A stretch of DNA of 64,000 nucleotides from Octopus sinensis (taxonomy: Eukaryota), in contig NC_042999.1 of NCBI RefSeq assembly GCF_006345805.1, forward strand, positions 20,832,001 through 20,896,000. Direction: 5' to 3'. This document shows, in pieces, positions 53,925-64,000 of this stretch (positions are counted from its first letter, which is position 1; every line of letters begins with the position of its first letter). The translations under genes were made by a program, and so were the position numbers. The notes beneath the pieces are model-generated. The model was not told where the DNA came from and ran no database searches. It was given only the letters and a program-made list of their open reading frames with translations.

Positions 53925-54307
53925 GTGTGGTAAGAAGCTTGCTTTTACAGTCACATGGTTCTGGGTTCAGTCCCACTGCGGGGCACCTTGGGCAAGTGTC
54001 TTCCACTATAGCCTCGGGCCGACCAAAGCCTTGTGAGTGGATTTGGTAGACGGAAACTGAAAGAAGTCCGTTGTATATATGTATATATATATATATATAT
54101 TCATGTGTGTGTGTTTGTACCCCCAACATCGCTTGACGACCGATGGTGTTGTGTTTACGTTCGCGTAACCTAGCCGTTCGGCAAAAGATATCGATAGAAT
54201 AATTACTAGGCTTACAAAGGATAAGTCCTAAGGTTGATTTGCTCGACTAAAGGCGGTGCTCCAGCACGGCCGCAGTCAAATGACTGAAAAGAGTAAAAGA
54301 GTAAAAG

Positions 54308-54338
<31 letters not shown>

Positions 54339-54580
54339 CTATCTGTGTGTGTGTGTTTTTGAGTCTATGCTTGTCCCCCACCACTCGACTATTAATGTTG
54401 TTGTGTTTACGTCTGTAAACACAGCGGTTCGGCTATGTTAAGTCTGTAACATAGCGATTCGGCAAAGGACCTATGTAACTAATACTAGGCTTAAAAAGCA
54501 GCTCCTGGGGTCGATTTATTCAACTAAAACCACTGAAGGTGGTGTCACAGTCAAATGACTAAAACAAGTAAAAAATATAA
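53925..54580 (+). mobile_element. SINE family B followed by a second, older B tail
   Basis: Copy to ~54306, then a further (TG)n and B-tail sequence. Confidence 0.82.
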
Positions 54581-55199
54581 GATAAAATATATAACGCAGT
54601 AAATCTTTGTCTGTGCGTGGGTATGAGAAACCGTGCGTTTCACAATATGTAGTCAACAACTATAAAGAGAAAGAAACCTAGATGGAGAGTAGTTTACTTA
54701 TAAATGGTTACAAGGCAATCATATTTTTTACCCATTATCAGTAGTTTCATGTAGAACCACATTGTATGTGAAGATATAGACATATCTTACATTGGTCAGA
54801 CCTTTGTAAGAAGTCATTTGTTCTTATTACTTTGGACATCAATTAATTTTTCATACTGATTCCTGTTGATCCAGATACTGTTATCTGCGTTTTATTGAGC
54901 AAGACACTTCATTCTAGATACTCCCAAGTACTCCGTTGGAAATGACACTATCGGTAACTGGAGTTCGTTTCTGGAACGGAAAAACGTCCTTTTCAATGAC
55001 ACTCTTCTACGCACAGTCCCTTATTTGCTGTAGGGTCGTGGAGACAGCAGTAATATTATGTCTAATTAGTCCAGAAATTCCAGGTGGATTTTTATCTTTA
55101 TTTCTAACACAAGCACACGCAAACATGTTTTCAGACAGGCACACCATACGATATTACGCACACACAGACACACATATATATGCATGTTTGTATGTATAT

Positions 55200-55220
55200 A
55201 TGAAGATAGATAGACAGACA

Positions 55221-55283
<63 letters not shown>
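55200..55283. repeat. (TAGA)n microsatellite
   Basis: Direct inspection. Confidence 0.95.
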
Positions 55284-55303
<20 letters not shown>

Positions 55304-56204
55304 CACTATGTTCGAAAAAGCTTGAACGTGGGAAGACTTTCCGCTGTGGAAACAGCCTAGTAAGAAAATTCTCCTTCCAACTATCACCCTTGAAGGTACA
55401 CAGAGCAGTGAATGACGTTATAGGATTGAACCCTTTCATTTCTGCTTTCTTTCGCGTGGTGTTCGACGAACACAAAAATAATTATGACACTCAGATTCTC
55501 TCTGTTACATTTCTCTACACTAAAATATTACGTAGTACTTTACAAAAGAAAAAAAGATGAACTACTCAGGAGGAAAATCTATGCGTTTAAGAAGGAAACA
55601 TAGTATATACGTGAAGTGAATTCATTTTATTTGGGATTTGCAACAGTTATCGTCTTCCCAAAAATATAACGGTGCTATTTGATTATTTCGTGAGAAGATT
55701 CATTCTTTCGACAGGATTGGCATCGTAAGACATATAAGCACGTCAACAACATTCTCGTAGAACTTGTTAAAGCGCAAAAATCAATCCGAGCAAATAACAC
55801 AATATTAAAGGTTTTACTGTGATTCTTTTGTATACTTTACTTCGTAAATATTCGATTTTTCGTTCTATTCCATGGCAGTGTTTTCATTTACGTAAATGAA
55901 ATCCATCTACTTTATCTAAATTTTTCTTTTCCGAATTTGTGAAACTGCAAAAGCACCAATATTTTCCCGGAGTATCATGTATCTGTATTTGAAAGCATTG
56001 TAATCTTAGGCTGAGAAAATGTAAAATAAGGAATATGATTGAAAATTTACGCCCTTATAGTGATGCGTAAGCAAGTATTGAACGGTAGAGTTACATTCGT
56101 AGTTTCTAAACAGAAAATGTTGTTCAAATATACGTAGAAAATTTTAAAGAAAATATTCTCAAATATTTATTTCCTTTCGTATTCGCTTTGCTTTGTAATT
56201 CTAG

Positions 56205-56300
56205 CCTACGAATGCATCTCTGCGTAACAGATCGACCTGCTATGAGCAGTAAGAATCAACGTCCAAAACACAAGCGTCTTAAAAAAAACCGACGCTGTAG
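56205..56300 (+). other. candidate 96-nt exon
   Basis: Pyrimidine-rich ...TTCTAG acceptor and TAG|GTAAGT donor. One open frame LRMHLCVTDRPAMSSKNQRPKHKRLKKNRRC. No recognised homology. Confidence 0.25.
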
Positions 56301-56430
56301 GTAAGTTAGCTTGAATGCAATTTTCTCGTAGAATGATATACAGGATGTTTTTAGTTTGATTGTATTTTATTGTAAATCTGGTACACCTGGTTCGATTTCT
56401 GGTGAAATCATTAAAATACAATGAAATATA

Positions 56431-56828
56431 GGCGCACGAGTGGCTGTGTGGTAAGTAGCTTGCTTACCAATCACATGGTTCCGGATTCAGTCCCACTGTG
56501 TGGCACCTTGGGCAAGTGTCTTCTACTACAGCCTCGGGCCGACCAAAGCCTTGTGAGTGGATTTGACAGATGGAAACTGAAAGAAGCCCGTCGTATATAT
56601 GTATATATATATATATATGCGTGTCTGTGTTTGCCCCCCTAGCATTGCTTGACAACCGATGCTGGTGTGTTTATGTCCCCGTTACTTAGCGGTTCGGCAA
56701 ATAAGACCGATAGAATAAGTACTGGGCTTACAAAAAGAATAAGTCCCGGGGTCGAGTTGCTCGATTAAAGGCGGTGCTCCAGCATGGCCGCAGTCAAATG
56801 ACTGAAACAAGTAAAAGAGTAAAAGAGT
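56431..56828 (+). mobile_element. SINE family B, full length
   Basis: Close to the B consensus throughout. Confidence 0.92.
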
Positions 56829-57123
56829 ATAGAGTTATTTACATTTTTCTAAATCACTTATCCCCTGAATAGGCAACTGATGATCTACTAATGAGAAGGA
56901 CACAAAGAGTACATATGTTTTTGTGTGTGTATGTGTGTGTGTATGTGTGTGTGTGTGTGTGTGTTTTACATGCATATTTGAAATCTATTTTTATGATCAG
57001 TCCACATTGATACGTGTATAATACGGGCATAATAATCTAATATGATATTAAACAAGATTAGCAGTGTCTTTATTCATGCAATCTCTGGCACGATCTAACC
57101 ATAGATATATTTAGCAATATTTA

Positions 57124-57517
57124 TAACTAGCAGTATCGCCCGGCGTTGCTCGGGTTTGTAAGGGAAATAACTATAAAGTATTTTTAGAGAGTTATAGCCA
57201 AAAAATAGCCAAAAAATGGGAAAAAAAATGATGGTAAATTTTTTTTGATAGTTAAAAAGGTCGAGTTGCGTCCCCTAGACCATCTGTGGTTTGTGTTTCT
57301 GATTGTCGACCCCATGTCGAATTTATCGATCTATTTCAGAACTGGGGGAACTTTTCAAAATTTTCGCTGCGTTAGTTTTGAATTATGACATTGGGCTATG
57401 TGTGTGTTAAGTTTCATCAGAATCGGTGGAAAGCCGTGGTCAGAGTGAGGGTACAACCAAACAGACACACAGAAACACACACAGACAAACTGCCGTTTAT
57501 ATATAGAGAGAAGAGAT
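57124..57517 (+). mobile_element. non-autonomous Helitron/Helentron-like element
   Basis: 5' TAACTAG followed by hairpin CCCGGCGTTGCTCGGG. AAGTTTCATCAGAATCGG, ACAGAC repeats and TTTATATATAGAG end, as in Lep1/DINE-like elements. Confidence 0.6.
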
Positions 57518-57697
57518 TAAACGCCGCCCCTCCTCAAATAACGAATTAATACACACAAACACACACCACATGTCGCCCTGCACGAAAGTTAGAAAACTCG
57601 TACAACTAAGCAAGAATATATACGTGTCTGAGTATATTATATAGCTATATACATCTAAGTTCATATACACGCCTGCATAAAATAAAAACTACTTTCC

Positions 57698-57749
57698 AGG
57701 CTCGTCCGGGATTCGAGCCCAGGACTTTTTGCACCCATAGCGAGAATCA
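57698..57749 (-). pseudogene. tRNA-Pro(UGG)-derived relic, 5' part lost or degenerate
   Basis: TGATTCTCGCTATGGGTGCAAAAAGTCCTGGGCTCGAATCCCGGACGAGCCT closely matches the 3' two-thirds of eukaryotic tRNA-Pro. T-run follows ~10 nt downstream, no CCA. Confidence 0.75.
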
Positions 57750-57831
57750 CATACATTCCTACCTCTCAGTCTCTTTTTCTCTCTGTCTGTCTGTCTGTCT
57801 CTCACTCTCTCTCTCTTTCTCTCTCTCTCTT

Positions 57832-57925
<94 letters not shown>

Positions 57926-58799
57926 ACATATACATACACATACATATATATATATGGAGAGAGAGAGAGAGGGAGAGAGAGAAAGAGATAGAGGTAGAGA
58001 GATAAAGAGAGATGGAGAGATACATATATTCTCATTTATATATGTACATATATATTCGTACATACACATTTATGTACACACCCGTACACGTACACACATA
58101 CGTACACACGCACCCATTCATTTATGTACAGGGCAAATAAATAACGCAAATATTAAGTTTGTTTCTCATGCAAGCTCTTAGATGTACGAATAAACAACTC
58201 CTGTTCAGCTTGTCAAACAATGTTTTTCATTGAACCAGAATAGTTGAGTTTGTTGCAGTCCAATATCAAAGTGTTTAAGCCAAGTCGAAGATATATTCTT
58301 TCCAATATATTCGTGTGCATTTTTTATATATGTTTATATATATATATATTGTGGTTTTCCAATAATAAAATGTGACTCGGAAGAGAGAAATGCATCCATA
58401 CTTGTTAATATCTTTTCTTCCTCTCGGTGATGTAGCTAACGATAATCAGCACACACACACAAAAAAAAACGACGCACCGATACGCATGCGCATATTGACA
58501 CGTGCACTCAAAGATACATTCAAAGAAACATACAGATTTGAATATTGATATATAATGGTATTCTCTCGTAGTCCGAGAGAGACGGGTATGCAATATCTTG
58601 CTGAACAACATGCACAAATTATTTATTTACAGTGACCAAATTTAGGTATTGGATGAAGAAAGGTGAGGAGGTGAGGCAGATGAAGAAAAGAAGGGCTTTT
58701 GAGCCCATGTGACGCAAAGGAGCGAAGAGTGTAGATTGATTCCTGCTCACTGCACCCATAGTGAGAATCACATAATTCCTCCCCCTCTCTCTTTCTAGT

Positions 58800-58950
58800 T
58801 AGGCATAGCCATTTGCTCAGAAGTTTGCTTCCTAATCGTATAAACCCAGGTTCAGTCCCACTGCGGGGCACCTGCGGCAAATATCTTCTACTATATCCTC
58901 GGTTCGACCAAAGCCTTGTGAGTGTATTTAGTATATAAAAAGTGAAAGCA
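58800..58950 (+). mobile_element. SINE family B 5' half, degenerate
   Basis: GGTTCAGTCCCACTGCGGGGCACC...CCAAAGCCTTGTGAGTG. Confidence 0.7.
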
Positions 58951-59034
58951 GCTCATTAAAGGGAAATTATAAAGCAAGCAAAAAAAGAAAAGAAAGAGAA
59001 AAAAGGTTCAATATTCACATTTTAATCTTCAGAT

Positions 59035-59400
59035 ACTAGGATAAACGAAAAATGACCAAATTATCCAGTCATATATGATTCTTAAAAGAACAAGGAGTCA
59101 GCTATAAGATTTTCTGGAAGATCTTCGCAAGTGTAAACCTTATAGCAACGGTAGTGGTAAGTGCGGTCTTTGTGATATGGAAAGATGGCTCATCAGTAAA
59201 AATTGTTTGGACCCTGTTGCATGTCTAAGTTCAAGAAGTGAAATATTTAGTTCATGTCCATATATGACAAAATACCTGTTACGGTTTTGAACCCCCAAGA
59301 TCACGGATAGAATCTGCATTTTACAATGTTTTTGTACAAACTTTCCATGTCTTAACATTTTGTTTTGTTTCATATATTTTTTAATTTTTGCCTTTTTAAT
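59035..59400 (+). mobile_element. Penelope-like element GIY-YIG endonuclease C-terminal remnant
   Basis: MTKLSSHI*FLKEQ..YKIFWKI..CKPYSNGSGKCGLCDMER...SRSEIFSSCP, with the CxLC zinc motif of PLE endonucleases. Confidence 0.8.
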
Positions 59401-59610
59401 TGTGTGATTGTGTACGTGTGTGAGTGTATGTATACGCATATCTATATTAAATGTGTGTGTGTGTGTCTATATAGGTATACGCGTGTATGTATATGAGCGT
59501 AAGACTGTATCCGGTGCATAAGTGCGACTTTCATGCACCCGTCTCCTTTTATACATATATGTATAGCCATATGCTTCTTTATCTGCGGTGTAGGTGTGTG
59601 AGAGGGGGTG

Positions 59611-59660
<50 letters not shown>

Positions 59661-59753
59661 TGTGTACATATGTACATAAACCATACATGTATATTCATAC
59701 ATGCGGTGAGTGTGAATGTATGTATATATATATATATATATATATATAGGCGT

Positions 59754-60083
59754 GTGAGGGCGCGTGGCTTAGTGGTTAGGGCATTCGGCTCATGATCGTA
59801 AGGTTGTGAGTTCGATTCCCGGCGACGCGTTGTGTCCTTGAGCAAGACACTTTATTTCACGTTGCTCCAGTCCACTCAGCTGGCAAAAATGAGTTGTACT
59901 TGTATTTCAAAGGGTCAGCCTTGTCACTCTCTGTGTCACGCTGATTATCCCCGAGAACTACGTTAAGGGTACACGTGTCTGTGGAATGCTCAGCCATTTG
60001 CACGTTAATTTCACGAGCAAGCTGTTCCGTTGATCGTATCAGCTGGGACCCTCGTCGTCGTAACCGGCGGAGTCTTAATAATA
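59754..60083 (+). mobile_element. SINE: D head/body with tail X
   Basis: 10-bp TSD ATATAGGCGT at 59744-59753 and 60084-60093. Tail shared with 5809-6195. Confidence 0.9.
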
Positions 60084-60175
60084 ATATAGGCGTATAGTTG
60101 TATGTATAAATATCTAATATATTTGTAAGCATACACCTATGTGTATACGAGGATAAATTTGCGTGTATATATACG

Positions 60176-60216
<41 letters not shown>

Positions 60217-60744
60217 TTGTGTGAGTGAGTGTGTGTTTGTGTGTATTTCCAAATAACAGAGGGAGAATTAAGACGCAGCTTTTCTAATTTCCGTACTCCA
60301 ATATGTGTTTGATGATCCATCCAAAATTACATCATTTCTCATTCATATGTATGTATATGCATTTATGTTTGTGTTTGTATACATATGCGTGTATAAATGC
60401 ATGCATATATTTATGTGTATATAATACTTATAACAAGCAAGGAGGTGGCACTGAACAATAACTGGCAACCACCAAACTATAGCTAAAAGAAGAGCTATTC
60501 TTAAAAATAATTGCAGTGTCATTTACGAAATGCCATTGGCGGATGCGACCTTTGAAAAAGGAATGCGAAAATATTATATAACAAATGAGCTAACGTCATA
60601 CGTAGGGAATAACTTAAAAACCAAACAACTGAGATCGCCAAAAATCGAGAGAGGAAAGAATAGAGATGCATCATTGGAGAAAAAAGTAAGGGTAAATATC
60701 GGCAGATGAACAGATGTTAGTTGAATATAGCGGTCACAAGAACT

Positions 60745-61047
60745 CATCTTGCACTCCGTCTGTTTCGATGACGAATGTTCCAAGTTAACGTGATCAACGG
60801 GGCAGCATGCTCGTGAAATGAACGGGCAAAGGATTGAGTACTCCACAAACACGGCTACCTATAATGTAGTTCTCAATAATATTCAGAGTGACACAGAAAT
60901 GTGACAGGTATTACTCACTTTTGCCATATGGAGTAGACCAAGGTGAAATAAAGTATCTTACTCATAGACACAACACAGTGCTTGAAATTGAACTCAGGAC
61001 CTTACAATCGCGAGCTGAATACCTATAACCACTAAGCAACGCGCGAT
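60745..61047 (-). mobile_element. older D-head / tail-X SINE
   Basis: Degenerate reverse complement of 59754-60083. Confidence 0.65.
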
Positions 61048-61077
61048 CACCAGTTAATATATCAATGATGAGAAATA

Positions 61078-61321
61078 CTCTTTTACTCTTTTATTCGTTT
61101 CAGTCTTTTGACTGTGCAGGAGCATGCAGGAGCACCACCTTTAGTCGAGTAAATCAACCTCAGGACTTATTCTTTGTAAGCCTAGTACTTATCCTATCGG
61201 TGTCTTTTGCCGAGTCGCCAAGTTACGGGGACGTAAACACACCAGCATCGGTTGTCAAGCGATGTTGGGGAGACAAACAGACGCACAAACGTATACACTC
61301 ACGCGCACACACGCACACAGG

Positions 61322-61363
<42 letters not shown>

Positions 61364-61543
61364 GATAGATAGATATATACGACAGGCTTCTTTCAGTTTC
61401 CGTCTACCAAATCCACTCACAAGGCTTTGGTTGGCTCGAGGCTATAGTAGAAGACACTTGCCGAAGGTGCCAGGCAGTAGGACTAAACCAGGAACCATGT
61501 GATTTGTAAACAAGCTACTTACCACACTGTCATTCCTACGCCT
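61078..61543 (-). mobile_element. SINE family B
   Basis: Reverse complement of the B consensus. Confidence 0.88.
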
Positions 61544-62164
61544 AGAAAATATTTATGTGAGTGTATTATATTTCGTTCCTTTATATATGTTTAATCGAAG
61601 GGTTATGTAACGACGTCTGTGAATCTTTCCAGATTATTATCAGGACTTTCCGTTTATTGTGTTTATAATTACTTACTTCAGTATCTTCCTGTCTGCGTAT
61701 AGTCTAAGTATCTACATATACTTCCATACATTCAATGCACTTCTGCTACAACTATGGAAATATACTGTGGACACTATAATACTTAGAGACACAGTCATGT
61801 GCGGATTCCCTTCATGCACAAATATTTGCTTTCATTTCTCAATTAGCTGTATTGTATATGTATGTAGTATGTATTTTTACATCTATTGTAGTTAAAGTAT
61901 GTATACTTACGGAAATATAAGTTGCAAAATGCTTTACAAAACTTTATAACTTTTTTTTACATAATCGCTTATGGCAATGTCTGTTCATGAAAAAAGAAAT
62001 AAGAGAAACTATTTCTATAGGAGAGAAATGCCATTTTGGCTGAATGTTATGAAATCGAGATAGACGACAAAGTTATCGAGACAGAGGATAATGAACTTAA
62101 GATGACTATGACGTTCACGAGCATCAGATTGGTCATGGCGAATTTGTGCGTACATAGAACAGTT

Positions 62165-63083
62165 TATATGCGTATGTGAAAGTGGCGAGCTGGCAGAAAC
62201 GGTAGCACGCCGGGCGAAATGCGTAGCCGTACCTTCTGGTACCTTCTGCCGGTACCTTCTGGGTTCAAATTCTGCTGATACTTAATTTATCGACCCAAAA
62301 AAGGATGAAAGGCAAAATCGACCTCGGCGGAATTTGAACTCAGAACGTAGCGGCAGACGAAATACCGCTAAGCATATCGCCCGGCGTGCTAACGATTCTG
62401 CCAGCTCATCGCCTTATTTTAATAATGGTTGCAAATTTTGCAACAAGGGCAGCAGTTTGGGGAATAGGATAAGTCGATTACATCGACCCCAGTGATTTAC
62501 TGGTACTTAATTTATCGATAAATTAAGTACCAGTTACGCACTGGGGTCGATGTAACCGACTTAATCCGTGGGTCTGTACTTGTTTGTCCTCTCTGTGTTT
62601 AGCCCCGTGTGGGTAGTAAAGAAATATATATGCGTATGTGTCGGTGGTGAGCTGGCAGAATCGTTATCACATCAGGCGAAATAGCAGTATTTCGTCTGTC
62701 AGTACATTCTCAGATCAAATTCCGCCATGGTCGACTTTGCCATTCAGCCTTTCGAGGTCGATAAATTAAGTACCAGTAAATCACTAGGGTCGATGTAATC
62801 GACTTATCTCCCCCAAAAAAACCATTATTAAAATAAGGCGGTGAGCTGGCAGAAACGTTAGCACGCCGGGCGAAATGCGTAGCCGTATTTCATCTGCCGC
62901 TACGTTCTGAGTTCAAATTCCGCCGAGGTCGATTTTGCCTTTCATCCTTTTGGGGTCGATAAATTAAGTACCAGCTACGCACTGGGGTCGATATAATCGA
63001 ATTAATCCCTTAGTCTGTCATTGTTTGTCCCCTATGTGTTTAGCCCCTTGTTGGTAGTAAAGAAATAAATATATGCGTATGTG
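62165..63083. mobile_element. rearranged SINE A cluster (dimer-like unit twice, one with an internal inversion)
   Basis: TATATGCGTATGTG at 62165-62178, 62627-62640 and 63070-63083. Segment 62277-62517 is the reverse complement of ~62758-62960. Confidence 0.8.
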
Positions 63084-63279
63084 TGTGTGTGCGTGCATGT
63101 ATATGTATATATGTGGTGTATGCCTGTGTGTGTATGCGCATGCGTGTGCGTGTGTACATGTGTATATGTGTGTGAATATCTAGATAGGTAGTTATACGTA
63201 CATACACGTACAGGCGCATATACATTTTTAATTTGGATATATGACACTCTGGTGTCTCTCCTTAGGAATACGCTCTTTT

Positions 63280-63487
63280 ACTTGTTCCATTTATTTGACT
63301 GTGGCCATACTGGAGCACCGCAGTTTAGTTAACCAAATCGACCGCAGGACTTATTCTTTGTAAGCCTAGTACTTATTCTATAGGTTTCTTTTGCCGAACC
63401 GCTAATTTACGGTGACGTAAACACACCACCATAGGTTGTCAAGCGATGTTGGGGGACAAACACAGACTCACAAACACATACACATAT

Positions 63488-63543
<56 letters not shown>

Positions 63544-63724
63544 GTATATATACATATATACGGCGGACTTCTTTCAGTTTCTGTCTACCAAATCCACTCA
63601 CAAGGCTTTGGTCGCCCCGAGGCCATAGTAGAAGACACTTGCCCAAGGTGCCACACAGTGGGACTGAACACGGAACCATGCAATTCGTAAGCAACCTACT
63701 TACCACACAGTTACTCCTACGCCT
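63280..63724 (-). mobile_element. SINE family B
   Basis: Reverse complement of the B consensus. Confidence 0.88.
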
Positions 63725-64000
63725 ACGCAGTCACTTCTACACCTTGTGAATACATCCTAGGAAATCACTTGATGGTATTTTTTCTGGAGTTCTCATGGGA
63801 ATTAGCTTACGATATACAACTCCTAGGCTGTCTACTTGAAAGCTGGTAAGATGGTACGTTTTCTAATTCGCTGGAATCTGGGGAGACAAATACTTGAGTG
63901 TCTGGTTGTTATAAGTAGTAATGATCCCATATTGATATTAGCACAGGCAAAGCCGGCAGAATATATGGATCGTCGGGGAAATATTTAGAGAGGTTTCTTA

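Overview
AT-rich, microsatellite-dense animal genomic DNA. The SINE, LINE and microsatellite landscape points to a coleoid cephalopod, most likely Octopus (inference from repeat content only). I recognise no intact host protein-coding gene. Almost every ORF in the supplied track is a translation of a microsatellite, a SINE or a decayed transposon. The window contains several tRNA-headed SINE families (Meta-domain-like 'A', CORE-like 'B', and related 'C/D' heads with swappable tails) and three CR1/L2-group LINE remnants. It also holds two RTE 3' ends, an RLE-type (R4/NeSL-like) LINE split by a Tc1/mariner element, a decayed mariner, a Spy/PHIS-like transposase element, a Helitron/Helentron-like element, a Penelope GIY-YIG remnant and a tRNA-Pro relic. 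The top observation is an element built as tRNA-like Pol III head + (AAT)n + a tail carrying a minimal type I hammerhead ribozyme. It occurs as a head-to-head inverted pair at 20841-21484, and the tail part recurs inverted at 50962-51173. This looks like a Penelope-dependent SINE or retrozyme-like element. Other notable items: a SINE with a fixed 184-bp tandem unit, a LINE 3' end that matches the SINE B tail, and a telomere-repeat TIR element flanked by ~52-bp direct repeats. Family labels A-D are my own working names.
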